Of a DNA stretch of 48,962 bases, positions 36,460-45,898 are shown piece by piece. Numbering within the stretch: position 1 is the first letter of the stretch; each line of letters starts with the position of its first letter. Under the pieces are notes generated by a model, which saw only the letters and a list, made by a program, of their open reading frames with translations, did not search any database and was not told the origin of the DNA. The DNA comes from an uncultured Clostridia bacterium (GTDB lineage: Bacteria > Bacillota > Clostridia > Lachnospirales > Lachnospiraceae): the NCBI GenBank assembly GCA_946401715.1, contig CAMIVF010000001.1, positions 1 through 48,962 on the forward strand, in the 5' to 3' direction. The position numbers and the translations under genes are program-made.

Positions 36460-39111
36460 TTAACTCAGCTGCCCAAGCCGCTCGATTACCTGTTCCATCA
36501 GCTGCTCGTACTTCGCGAGCTTTGCCTTCTCCTCTTCCACCTTGGACGCAGGCGCCTTTGAGAGGAACTTCTCATTGTGAAGCATGCCGCGGGAACGGTT
36601 CAGTTCTCCCTCGAGTTTCTTCTTTTCCTTTGTAAGCCGCTCGATCTCCTTCGCGACGTCCACAAGCTCCTCCATCGGAATGAAGATTGATGCATTGTGA
36701 ATCAGGGTGGAGACTGCATCCTCCGCGATTCCCGCACGGTCTGCACGGACGATCACCTCAGGCGCAGAGGACAGCGACGCGAAGAAAAGACGGTCTTTCT
36801 CAAAGGTCTCACGAATCTTTTCATCCGGCGACACCACAAACACTCTCGCTTTTCTTGAAGGCGGAACGTTCATGGAAGTCCGGACCGCACGGATGGCGCG
36901 GACCGCGTCCTTAATCGTTTCGATCTCTGTCTCCTCTGCTTCAAAGCTCCACTCCTGCCGCCAGACAGGCCAGTCAGAAACCATGATGGAATCATCCGTG
37001 TCATTGACCGACTGATACAGCGCCTCCGTGATAAACGGCATGAACGGATGCAGAAGCTTCAGGGCCTGCACCAGCGTGTTCTTCAGAGTCCACAGCGCCG
37101 CACTCTTGGTCGGATCCGTATCTGAATACAGGCGCGGCTTCACCATTTCGATATACCAGTCACAGAACTCATCCCAGAAGAAATCATAGACCTTCTGCAC
37201 AGCGATGCCCAGCTCAAACCGGTCCATGTTCTCCGTGACTTCCTTCGCAAGCGTATTCACCTTCGACAGAATCCAGCGGTCCGCATTCGTGAGCTGCGCC
37301 GGATCGATCTCAGCCGGCACTTCACTCTTATCGAAATTCATCAATATGAATCTCGTGGCGTTCCAGATCTTATTCGCGAAATTCCTCGAATTCTCCACGC
37401 GCTCAAAGTAGAACCGCATGTCATTGCCCGGCGCATTGCCTGTGACCAGCGTCAGCCTCAGCGCATCCGCGCCGTACTTTTCAATGATCTCCAGTGGGTC
37501 GATGCCGTTGCCCAAAGACTTCGACATCTTGCGCCCCTTATCGTCACGCACCAGACCGTGGATCAGGACGTACTTAAACGGGCTCTTCCCGGTCTGCTCG
37601 AGAGCCGAAAACACCATTCGGATGACCCAGAAGAAGATGATGTCGTATCCGGTTACCAGGACATCGGTCGGATAGAAATACTCCAGCTCCGGTGTCTTTT
37701 CCGGCCATCCTAAAGTCGAGAACGGCCACAGCGCGGAGGAGAACCAGGTATCAAGCAGGTCCTCATCCTGGGAAAAATGCGTCCCGCCGCACTTGGGACA
37801 GACCGCAGGCGCACCGCCCTGCCGTACGACCATCTCGCCGCACGCATCGCAGTAATACGCCGGAATCCGGTGTCCCCACCACAGCTGCCTGGAGATGCAC
37901 CAGTCCTTGATATTCTCAAGCCAGTGGATATAAGTCTTGTCAAAATGCTCCGGCACAAAGTTCAGGTCATCTGTCTTCACAACCTCAAGCGCCGCCTTCG
38001 CCATCTCGTCCATCTTCACGAACCACTGAGGCTTCACCATCGGCTCGACAGTGGTATGGCAGCGGTCATGGGTACCGACCGCATGCGTATGCGGAACCGT
38101 CTTCACCAGAAGACCCATCGCATCCAGATCAGCAACGATCGCCTTTCTGGCCTCATAGCGGTCCATACCGGTATATTTCCCGCACAGCTCATTCATGGTG
38201 GCATCGTCATTCAGGATGTTGATCTCTTCCAGATCGTGCCGCTTACCGACTTCGAAGTCGTTGGGGTCATGCGCCGGCGTAATCTTCACGCAGCCGGTTC
38301 CGAACTCCTTGTCCACATAGGAATCCGCGATCACCGGAATCTGACGTCCGGTCAGCGGAAGCTCCAGCGTCTTCCCGACCAGGTCCGTGTAGCGCTCATC
38401 CTCCGGGTTCACCGCCACAGCGGTATCGCCCAGCATCGTCTCCGGACGGGTCGTCGCGATCTCCACGAAACGTCCCGGCTCCCCGACGACAGGATAATTG
38501 ATATGCCAGAAGAATCCGTTCTGATCCTCGTGCTCCACCTCGGCATCGGACAGCGACGTCTGGCACTTCGGACACCAGTTGATGATCCTGTTCCCTTTAT
38601 AGATGTAGCCTTTCTCATAAAGCCGGCAGAACACGTACTCGACAGCGGCGGAACACCCTTCATCCATGGTAAAGCGTTCCCGCTCCCAGTCAGCGGAAGA
38701 GCCCAGCTTCTTCAGCTGGGTCAGGATACGGCTGCCATATTCCTTCTTCCAGTCCCAGCAGTACTCCAGGAACTTCTCTCTCCCGATCTCATGCTTGTCG
38801 ATGCCCTTGTCCTTGAGCGTATTCGTGACACGAACCTCTGTCGAGATCGCCGCGTGATCCGTCCCCGGCTGCCACAGCGCTTCGTAGCCCTGCATTCTCT
38901 TCCAGCGGATCAGAATATCCTGGAGCGTATTATCCAGGGCATGCCCCATATGCAGCTGTCCTGTGACATTTGGCGGAGGCATCACGATGGTGAACGGTTT
39001 TTTGTCCTTGTTCACCTTCGCGTGGAAATAACCCTTCTCCTCCCAGTTTCTGTAAATCTGGTCCTCCATTCCGGACGGATTGTATGTCTTGGCCAGTTCC
39101 TTTTTCCTCAT
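36460..39111 (-). CDS. valS: Valine--tRNA ligase
   Basis: PPPNVTGQLHMGH, WCISRQLWWGH, KMSKS, C-terminal coiled coil. ATG at 39111 after AGGAG. Confidence 0.98.
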   Translation of the reverse strand: MRKKELAKTYNPSGMEDQIYRNWEEKGYFHAKVNKDKKPFTIVMPPPNVTGQLHMGHALDNTLQDILIRWKRMQGYEALWQPGTDHAAISTEVRVTNTLKDKGIDKHEIGREKFLEYCWDWKKEYGSRILTQLKKLGSSADWERERFTMDEGCSAAVEYVFCRLYEKGYIYKGNRIINWCPKCQTSLSDAEVEHEDQNGFFWHINYPVVGEPGRFVEIATTRPETMLGDTAVAVNPEDERYTDLVGKTLELPLTGRQIPVIADSYVDKEFGTGCVKITPAHDPNDFEVGKRHDLEEINILNDDATMNELCGKYTGMDRYEARKAIVADLDAMGLLVKTVPHTHAVGTHDRCHTTVEPMVKPQWFVKMDEMAKAALEVVKTDDLNFVPEHFDKTYIHWLENIKDWCISRQLWWGHRIPAYYCDACGEMVVRQGGAPAVCPKCGGTHFSQDEDLLDTWFSSALWPFSTLGWPEKTPELEYFYPTDVLVTGYDIIFFWVIRMVFSALEQTGKSPFKYVLIHGLVRDDKGRKMSKSLGNGIDPLEIIEKYGADALRLTLVTGNAPGNDMRFYFERVENSRNFANKIWNATRFILMNFDKSEVPAEIDPAQLTNADRWILSKVNTLAKEVTENMDRFELGIAVQKVYDFFWDEFCDWYIEMVKPRLYSDTDPTKSAALWTLKNTLVQALKLLHPFMPFITEALYQSVNDTDDSIMVSDWPVWRQEWSFEAEETEIETIKDAVRAIRAVRTSMNVPPSRKARVFVVSPDEKIRETFEKDRLFFASLSSAPEVIVRADRAGIAEDAVSTLIHNASIFIPMEELVDVAKEIERLTKEKKKLEGELNRSRGMLHNEKFLSKAPASKVEEEKAKLAKYEQLMEQVIERLGQLS

Positions 39112-39138
39112 CGCACTCACTCCTGATTCTGTTAGTCT

Positions 39139-39178
39139 AAAAATCGAGTAGGAAAGATCTGATCTCCCCTGCTCGATT
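39139..39178 (-). terminator. Terminator-like hairpin between yihA and valS
   Basis: AATCGAGCAGGGGAGATC...GATCTTTCCTACTCGATT followed by TTT on the minus strand. Confidence 0.5.
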
Positions 39179-39251
39179 CGGCGGCTGTATCTTCATAAAG
39201 CACTGGCGTGCCCGATGATTCGCTCACCTTCACAATAAAAGCCCGCTGCAG

Positions 39252-39881
39252 TTACAGTATACCGGCGATACGGGCACAAATCTCTTCCCTTCCGCTTCTG
39301 CTCTGGGCGGAAAATGGGATCACAACACTTCCCTTCGCAGCGTTCAGCCCTTCGCGAATCACCTTCAGCTGCGCGGAAACCTTGCTTCTTTTCAGCTTGT
39401 CTGCTTTCGTTGCGACCAGGACAGGCGTACGTCCGCTCTTCAGGATCCAGTCATACATCTGCCGGTCATTCGCATTTGGCTCATGACGGATATCCAGAAG
39501 AAGAAACACCGCGCGCAGATCTCTCTGGCTTTGCAGATAACGCTCGATCATCTTCCCCCATCTGGCCTTCTCTTCGAGAGATACGTTCGCATAGCCATAC
39601 CCCGGAAGGTCGACCAGCTGAAACACGCAGGGTTCTTCCGGATCATCAGCTGTTCCTTCCCCCCGCTGCATCAGCGCGTCAATCTCATAGAAATTGATCG
39701 TGCGGGTCTTGCCCGGCGTCGCGCCGACCCTTGCAAGACGCTTGCGCTGCATCAGCACATTGATCAGGGAGGACTTGCCGACATTGGATCGTCCGGCAAA
39801 TGCGATCTCTGGCAGTTCAGACGCAGAAAGCGTACTGGTAAAGCCGCAGACTGTTTTCAGTTCAGCGCTTCTCACCTTCAT
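39252..39881 (-). CDS. yihA: Ribosome biogenesis GTPase YihA/YsxC (EngB)
   Basis: GRSNVGKSS, PGKT, DLPGYG, TKADK, FSA. Confidence 0.96.
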   Translation of the reverse strand: MKVRSAELKTVCGFTSTLSASELPEIAFAGRSNVGKSSLINVLMQRKRLARVGATPGKTRTINFYEIDALMQRGEGTADDPEEPCVFQLVDLPGYGYANVSLEEKARWGKMIERYLQSQRDLRAVFLLLDIRHEPNANDRQMYDWILKSGRTPVLVATKADKLKRSKVSAQLKVIREGLNAAKGSVVIPFSAQSRSGREEICARIAGIL

Positions 39882-39950
39882 ACGCCCTCACTCCTTCGTC
39901 AGCACCGGTTCATGCCCGGCCTTCGCCGGCCATTCACGAATCCGGCGGCT

Positions 39951-41261
39951 TCAGGCAGTCTCCTCCAGAGAATTCTTCTTCCTGCCGCGCTGCTTCTTCT
40001 CTTTTGTCTGTGCATCGTCCGACCGGATCAGCTCCGGTCTTTCGGTTCCGTCGACTGCTTCCTTCGTCATCACACACCCGGTGACAGTCTTATCGCTCGG
40101 GATCTCGTACATGACGTCAAGCATAGCGCCCTCTATGATGGACCGAAGGCCCCTTGCTCCGATCTTGCGCTCGATTGTCTTATCCGCAATCCGCTCAACC
40201 GCGTCCTTCTCGAAGGTCAGCTCCACGCCGTCCAGCTCAAACAGCTTCTGATACTGGCGGATGATCGCGTTTTTCGGCTCGGTCAGGATCCTGATCATCG
40301 CCTCTCTGTCCAGCGCATTCAGGCTCACCACAATCGGTACCCTTCCGATGAACTCCGGAATCAGTCCGAAGCGGATCAGATCCTGCGGCAGTACATTCTT
40401 CAGAAGCTCTCCGATATTCTCCTCGCGCTTCTCGGTGATCGACGCCAAAAATCCCATGGACTTTGTATCCATGCGGCTCTCGATGATCTTGTCAAGTCCT
40501 TCAAATGCGCCGCCGCAGATGAAGAGAATGTCTGTCGTATCAATCTGGATCAGTTCCTGGTGCGGGTGCTTTCTTCCGCCCTGCGGCGGAACAGACGCGA
40601 CCGTCCCTTCAATGATCTTCAGCAGTGCCTGCTGCACCCCTTCGCCTGACACATCACGGGTGATCGAGACATTCTCACTCTTACGCGTGATCTTGTCGAT
40701 CTCATCTATGTAGATGATTCCCCTCTGCGCCCTGTCAATGTCATAGTCAGCCGCCTGAATCAGCTTCAGGAGGATGTTCTCCACATCCTCGCCGACATAG
40801 CCGGCTTCCGTCAGAGAAGTCGCGTCCGCGATCGCAAACGGGACATTCAGCATCTTTGCGAGCGTCTGTGCCAGATAGGTCTTGCCTGATCCGGTCGGCC
40901 CGAGCATCAGAATGTTGCTCTTCTGAAGCTCGACTGAATCAGGCGTCGTGCGCGATGCCGATGCAAGCACTCTCTTGTAATGGTTATAGACCGCAACCGA
41001 AAGCGTCTTCTTGGCCTCCTCCTGCCCGATTACATATTCGTCCAGGAAGGCCTTGATCTCTACGGGCGTGCGCAGATTAATCTCGCTCTGGGCAAGCTCC
41101 ACATCCTCCTCGGCCAGTTCATCTTCCAGGATCTCCGAGCAGACATCGATGCATTCATCACAGATATAGACGCCGCCCGGCCCTGCGATCAGCTTACGCA
41201 CCTGATCCTCCGACTTGTTGCAGAAGGAGCATCTGATCTTATCAAAATTCTTTCCTGCCAT
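39951..41261 (-). CDS. clpX: ATP-dependent Clp protease ATP-binding subunit ClpX
   Basis: CSFC...CDEC zinc finger, [38 protein letters not shown]. Confidence 0.98.
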   Translation of the reverse strand: MAGKNFDKIRCSFCNKSEDQVRKLIAGPGGVYICDECIDVCSEILEDELAEEDVELAQSEINLRTPVEIKAFLDEYVIGQEEAKKTLSVAVYNHYKRVLASASRTTPDSVELQKSNILMLGPTGSGKTYLAQTLAKMLNVPFAIADATSLTEAGYVGEDVENILLKLIQAADYDIDRAQRGIIYIDEIDKITRKSENVSITRDVSGEGVQQALLKIIEGTVASVPPQGGRKHPHQELIQIDTTDILFICGGAFEGLDKIIESRMDTKSMGFLASITEKREENIGELLKNVLPQDLIRFGLIPEFIGRVPIVVSLNALDREAMIRILTEPKNAIIRQYQKLFELDGVELTFEKDAVERIADKTIERKIGARGLRSIIEGAMLDVMYEIPSDKTVTGCVMTKEAVDGTERPELIRSDDAQTKEKKQRGRKKNSLEETA

Positions 41262-41295
41262 GTTTCCCCTTGCTTTTATGACTGATTGCCTGCAC

Positions 41296-41877
41296 TTACC
41301 GGGACATCACAACCTGGTCCACCAGACCGTATGTCCTGGCCTCCTCCGCACTCATCCAGTGATCACGCTCCGTATCGCGTTCAATCACCTCGATCGGCTG
41401 GCCTGTATTCTCCGCCAGATACTGATTGAGCCGCTTTCTGGTCTCAATAATCTGCTCTGCCTGGATCTTAATGTCACTCGCCTGCCCCTGGGCTCCGCCG
41501 GAAGGCTGGTGAATCATGATTCTGGAATTCGGAAGGGCATATCTCTTTCCCTTCGTTCCTCCTGCAAGGAGAAATGCACCCATGCTGGCTGCCATTCCGA
41601 TGCAGGTCGTGGATACGTCGCACTTGATATAGCGCATCGTATCATAGATCGCCCACCCGGCAGACACGGAGCCGCCCGGGCTGTTGATGTACAGATGGAT
41701 GTCCTTGTTCGGATCTTCCGATTCCAGGAACAGAAGCTCCGCGACGATGATATTCGCCGAGACGTCCGTAACCTCCTCGCCCAGGAAGATGATCCTGTCC
41801 TTCAGAAGTCTTGAATAGATATCATAGGATCTCTCTCCGCGGGACGTCTGTTCGATCACATATGGAATCAATGGCAT
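41296..41877 (-). CDS. clpP: ATP-dependent Clp protease proteolytic subunit
   Basis: [21 protein letters not shown] (Ser), IMIHQP (His). Confidence 0.98.
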   Translation of the reverse strand: MPLIPYVIEQTSRGERSYDIYSRLLKDRIIFLGEEVTDVSANIIVAELLFLESEDPNKDIHLYINSPGGSVSAGWAIYDTMRYIKCDVSTTCIGMAASMGAFLLAGGTKGKRYALPNSRIMIHQPSGGAQGQASDIKIQAEQIIETRKRLNQYLAENTGQPIEVIERDTERDHWMSAEEARTYGLVDQVVMSR

Positions 41878-41924
41878 AATACAGATCCTTTCCTCTGATC
41901 TGTCAGCTGAGACAAATCAGCTGA

Positions 41925-43262
41925 TCAGTTGTTCTCCTCCGGTGTTTCTTCCAGGTCAACCGTCTCTTCCGGCATATCGACTTCGACAGCGTTTTCCGCT
42001 ATGACCTTAACGGCTTCCTGTACCGCCAGATCCTGCTTCATCTGCTTCTTCGACTCTTCGCCCATCAGGTCATACAGCTTCTCCTTCTCCATATTGTAGG
42101 ATTCCGCCATCTTCCCGATCTCTTCATCCAGCCGCTCATCGGAAATCTCGATGTTCTCGGCCTTTGCAACCGCCTCAAGAAGCAGGCTGTTCTGGATGCG
42201 CTCAAGCGCCTGCGGTTTCATCTGCTGCTCAAGCATCTCATCATTCATGCCGGTGATCTGCATATACTGCTGCATATTCATACCCTGAGACTGAATTCTC
42301 TGGGCAAACTCCTCCACCAGCGTCTTTGCCTGGTCATCCACCATCGCATCCGGGATGTCCATCTTCGCATTCTTCAGAGCAGCACGAACGGCAGCGGTCT
42401 CATTCTCCCGCTTCAGCTCACTCTCCTTGCGCTCACGGATCTTCTTCTCAACGGAAGCCTTATACTCATCAACCGTATCGAACTCAGAGACATCCTGGAC
42501 AAAGTCATCGTCCAACTCCGGTACCTGATGCTCGGAAATCGCGTTGACCCTACACTTGAAGACAGCGTCCTTACCCTTGAGGTTCTCCGCATGGTAATCC
42601 TCCGGGAAGGTGACATTCACATCGAAGTCTTCCCCGATGTTCTTCCCGATGATCTGATCTTCGAAGCCCGGGATAAATGAGCCGGAACCGATCGTCAGGT
42701 CAAAGTCTTCCGCCTTGCCGCCATCAAACTGCTCCCCGTCAACATAGCCGTCAAAGTTCAGCTTGACACGGTCGCCATCCTGAACCGGACGGTCGTCCAC
42801 ATCGACATCGCGTGCATTCTGCTCACGCTCCCTGTCAATATCCGCCATGATCTCATCCGACGAGACGCTGATCTCCTTCTTCGGAATCTCCACGCCCTTA
42901 TACTGGCCAAGCTCAACTTCAGGTCTCAGCGCAACAGTCGCGGTATAGATAAACGGCTTTCCTTCCTCGATCTGGGTGATATCGATCTGCGGGCGGGATA
43001 CGATCTTCTCCCCGCTCTCCTTCGCAGCGTCATCATAAGTTGTCTGGAGAATGTAGTTCGCGGCTTCCTCAAAGAAAACCTGGGCTCCATACATCTTCTG
43101 AATCATCTTGCGGGGTGCCTTACCCTTTCTGAAACCGGGAAGGGCAATGCTGTTCTTCTGCCTCTGATAAGCCTTCTCGATGGCCTCGATAAACTTCTCC
43201 GCCGGAATCTCAATCGTCAGAACTGCCATATTGTTATCTTTTTTTTCAACTGTCACACTCAT
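41925..43262 (-). CDS. tig: Trigger factor
   Basis: Start MSVTVEK at 43262 after AAGGAG. Signature GFRKGKAP. FKBP domain FDGG...GSGSFIPGFE...FPEDYH. Confidence 0.97.
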   Translation of the reverse strand: MSVTVEKKDNNMAVLTIEIPAEKFIEAIEKAYQRQKNSIALPGFRKGKAPRKMIQKMYGAQVFFEEAANYILQTTYDDAAKESGEKIVSRPQIDITQIEEGKPFIYTATVALRPEVELGQYKGVEIPKKEISVSSDEIMADIDREREQNARDVDVDDRPVQDGDRVKLNFDGYVDGEQFDGGKAEDFDLTIGSGSFIPGFEDQIIGKNIGEDFDVNVTFPEDYHAENLKGKDAVFKCRVNAISEHQVPELDDDFVQDVSEFDTVDEYKASVEKKIRERKESELKRENETAAVRAALKNAKMDIPDAMVDDQAKTLVEEFAQRIQSQGMNMQQYMQITGMNDEMLEQQMKPQALERIQNSLLLEAVAKAENIEISDERLDEEIGKMAESYNMEKEKLYDLMGEESKKQMKQDLAVQEAVKVIAENAVEVDMPEETVDLEETPEENN

Positions 43263-43377
43263 GAAATCTTGCTCCTTACATTGGATATCGTTGTCTGTTT
43301 CGGCTGCGCCTGAAAAGATCCAAATCCCCGCCAGCCGGGCAGGCGTCTGCCCCTTTTCTTCCGGCAACCGTTCAATC

Positions 43378-43407
43378 AGTATATCACAGGGAACAGGCTC
43401 AGCACAA
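43378..43407 (-). promoter_or_regulatory. sigma-A promoter of tig-clpP-clpX-yihA
   Basis: TTGTGC, 18 nt spacer ending TGA, TATACT. Confidence 0.55.
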
Positions 43408-43507
43408 TCTGTTTTTCAACCGGGAACAGAAGCGCCAAAGGCGCGGCCTGATTGCGGAGCAGGCAGGGTTCCCGGTCTGGGGGAAGGGCTGTGAATGGAA
43501 ACGGTAA

Positions 43508-44059
43508 TCAGGCCCGGTAGATGATTGACGTTTTGATCTTATGTGCCTGTTCCTCGCCCAGCAGAAGCGCGATGATCTGAAGCGCGAACGCAATGGCGGT
43601 ACCGGCGCCGCGGCTGGTCACGAACTGACCGGAAACCTCTGTTTCATTTGTTGTTGTGACAGCTCCTGTCAGGTATTCCTCATTTCCGGGATAACAGGTC
43701 GCGGTGTGTCCGGCCAGAAGTCCCAGCTGGCCAGGCACTCTGGGCGCTGCACAGATGGCACAGATCAGTGTATCGCTGCCTGCCGCTGCCTGCAGTGCTT
43801 TGGCAAGCGTCTTGTCCGCTGCCAGATTCAGCGTGCCCGGCATGCCGCCCGGAAGAACAAGCGCGCTGGCATCTTCCAGATTCACATCCTCGATCAGCGC
43901 GTCCGCCTCAAACACAATATCATGCGACCCCCGGACCGTCAGGTCTTTGCCGACTGCGCAGACAACCACTTCAAGCCCGGCTCTGCGGAGCAGATCCACC
44001 TGGGTCAGGCATTCGATTTCTTCCACACCCTGTGCTGCAAATACATACACTTTTTTCAT
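43508..44059 (-). CDS. DJ-1/PfpI (YajL/ThiJ-like) family protein
   Basis: GVEEIE, LVLPGGMPG, AICAAP (nucleophilic Cys), TSRGAGT. Confidence 0.93.
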   Translation of the reverse strand: MKKVYVFAAQGVEEIECLTQVDLLRRAGLEVVVCAVGKDLTVRGSHDIVFEADALIEDVNLEDASALVLPGGMPGTLNLAADKTLAKALQAAAGSDTLICAICAAPRVPGQLGLLAGHTATCYPGNEEYLTGAVTTTNETEVSGQFVTSRGAGTAIAFALQIIALLLGEEQAHKIKTSIIYRA

Positions 44060-44127
44060 TTTTCTCTCCTCTCATCTGGTTTACAGAAGCTTTGTGAACA
44101 AAATAGCAGGAAATGTTGCATTTCCAG

Positions 44128-44179
44128 TAGATATTCACTCTGCCTTGTGCTAAGATAGTAATGATTAACATGTCATTAC
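44128..44179 (+). promoter_or_regulatory. Promoter of the XRE gene with an overlapping inverted-repeat operator
   Basis: TAGATA, 17 nt ending TGC, TAAGAT (44151-44156), then GTAATGA-N8-TCATTAC (44158-44179) over the predicted start site. Confidence 0.55.
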
Positions 44180-44218
44180 ACGATGCCGCTGGCGTTGCCC
44201 GGAAGGAGGATTCATATT

Positions 44219-44452
44219 ATGACCGAGCAGAGAATTAACCAGTATAAACAGCTTGGGCTCACGATTGCCTATTACAGAAAACTGAAAGGCATTACGCAGC
44301 AGGCACTTGCCGAGGCGGTGAATCTGAGCCGCACTCATATCAGCAATCTGGAGGCCCCGAACATGCCGACCTCGATCTCGCTGGAGAAGCTGTTCGATAT
44401 CGCTGAAGTACTGAACGTTCCTGTCAAAAACTTCTTTGATTTCCGGGACTGA
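44219..44452 (+). CDS. XRE-family helix-turn-helix regulator (77 aa)
   Basis: Start MTEQ after AAGGAGG. IAYYRKLKGITQQALAEAVNLSRTHISNLE...SLEKLFDIAEVLNV. Confidence 0.92.
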   Translation: MTEQRINQYKQLGLTIAYYRKLKGITQQALAEAVNLSRTHISNLEAPNMPTSISLEKLFDIAEVLNVPVKNFFDFRD

Positions 44453-44507
44453 CGCCGGACAGCCTGATCTCGCAGATCCGGAATCCTGTTCAGAAACACT
44501 ATGATTG

Positions 44508-44542
44508 AAAAGAGGTGCCCTCTTGTGAGGGCGCCTCTTTTT
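44508..44542. terminator. Bidirectional rho-independent terminator
   Basis: AAAAGAGGTGCCCTC-TTGT-GAGGGCGCCTCTTTTT between convergent genes. Confidence 0.85.
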
Positions 44543-44553
44543 GTGAATGCAGC

Positions 44554-45420
44554 TTAGCCTTTGTTCCGGAATAGGATCTTCAGCACCTGTGATGCCGTCT
44601 TGTTCCGAAGTCCCTCCGGATCCGTCATGACGCTGTTCTCTCTTCCGATATACCAGCTCATCTTGCTGTAGCTTCTCAGGTAAGATGCACTTCTGCTGAC
44701 GTCCTTATACTTTTTCATCCACTTCGGGTAGTATTTCTTCATATACTTTCTTGCAAGCTTCCACGCCTTACTCTTCTTCTTTCCCTTACTGCTCACCGTT
44801 CCGTTGATCATAACGCCCTGCGGACTCGAGTGTACCAGCACAACGCTTCCGTCCGTGCATCTCCCGATTACAATATAGACATGACCCGCCGCCAGACTCA
44901 TGATGTCACCGGCCTTGTGTTTTTTAAACTTTCTGGCGCTCTTATAGGACCCCCACCCCCAGCTTGAGTAGACTCTGGTCATATCCTGCGCAAGCATGGT
45001 GAAGCTTCCCTGACCGCTCTTTGTATGGAAGGTGTTATAGAGCACCCAGCCGACATACCCGGAGCAGTCAAGGCCGTTCCGGTACTGGAATCTCGTGTTT
45101 CTGTAATCATAATTTGATTTCTGCTTCTTAAAGAATTTCTTCCACTGGGGAGAAACGCCGATCATGGTCTGTTCCTTCCCCGCATGGCCGCCGCCCCAGA
45201 TATACATGGTCGATCCGACCGGCTCGATTGCTGTTTCCAGGAGATGGAGAATCGTAGACTTCTGGATCCTGTATCCCTTTGAGTCATAGAAGTTTCCTTC
45301 ATCATCATAGCCATTCCTGATTGTTTTGGATCTTTGCGCCGCAAATGCGCTGCCTGCCGGCATACCCAGACTCATGATCATCACAAACAAAAGCACCTTC
45401 AAAGAAAACGTTTTTTTCAT
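44554..45420 (-). CDS. Secreted, Lys-rich NlpC/P60-like (papain-fold) putative peptidoglycan hydrolase
   Basis: Signal peptide ending SAFA. YIWGGG, GLDCSGYVGW (catalytic Cys), GDIM...GHVYIV (His), VHSS. Confidence 0.75.
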   Translation of the reverse strand: MKKTFSLKVLLFVMIMSLGMPAGSAFAAQRSKTIRNGYDDEGNFYDSKGYRIQKSTILHLLETAIEPVGSTMYIWGGGHAGKEQTMIGVSPQWKKFFKKQKSNYDYRNTRFQYRNGLDCSGYVGWVLYNTFHTKSGQGSFTMLAQDMTRVYSSWGWGSYKSARKFKKHKAGDIMSLAAGHVYIVIGRCTDGSVVLVHSSPQGVMINGTVSSKGKKKSKAWKLARKYMKKYYPKWMKKYKDVSRSASYLRSYSKMSWYIGRENSVMTDPEGLRNKTASQVLKILFRNKG

Positions 45421-45482
45421 ATCTGTTTACCTGTTTCCTTTTCTACCCATCAAACGGCCATGCAGCAACCAGATTCTCTAAT

Positions 45483-45521
45483 TGTTACCGCATTGTAACC
45501 AAAAGTTAATAAAAGTGTAAC
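45483..45521. promoter_or_regulatory. WalR(YycF)-like direct repeats upstream of the hydrolase
   Basis: TGTTAC-N5-TGTAAC (45483-45499) plus a third TGTAAC at 45516, in 11-bp phase. Confidence 0.55.
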
Positions 45522-45717
45522 ATATTTTTCCGCACTCGAAAACCCTCTTTTTGATAGATTCTGCCGTCCTGCTTTCTGCCGATTCTGTGACGTATCACTG
45601 CTCTCTTTTTGTTCATTATGACGAAAAGAACGTCATGCGGCATCTTTTTCTCTACTTGTGCAGATAAGTCTGCACATATATCACAAAACCTTTCAGTAAA
45701 TTAACATACTTTTCTAT

Positions 45718-45746
45718 TTGTAATTCAGGCATGCTGAGAATAAGAT
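45718..45746 (+). promoter_or_regulatory. sigma-A promoter with no convincing downstream CDS
   Basis: TTGTAA, 17 nt, TAAGAT, with AT-rich upstream sequence. Confidence 0.55.
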
Positions 45747-45752
45747 ATGCAT

Positions 45753-45858
45753 GGGTGGGCGAAAGCTTTTTATAAGAGGCTGCCGGCACCACCGAATGGC
45801 AGGACCGGCAGCTTCCCACCCTGAAAACAGGCTCCCGTTACCGGGAGCCGCTTCTGTT
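45753..45858 (+). ncRNA. Candidate small structured RNA (family unidentified)
   Basis: Begins at the predicted +1 with GGGUGGG, which pairs with CCCACCC. Inner GAGGCUGCCGG/CCGGCAGCUUC stem. Ends at the GGCUCCCG/CGGGAGCC hairpin. Confidence 0.4.
45823..45849 (-). terminator. Rho-independent terminator after maf (possibly bidirectional)
   Basis: GGCTCCCG-GTAA-CGGGAGCC-TGTTTT on the minus strand. Confidence 0.7.
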
Positions 45859-45898
45859 CATGACACATTCCGTCAGACCCTGCCTGGATTCTTTCCGC

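Noticed and set aside
44219-45420. Prophage or toxin-antitoxin remnant (XRE + hydrolase)
   Set aside because: The genes are convergent and separately terminated, with no integrase, att sites or phage genes nearby.
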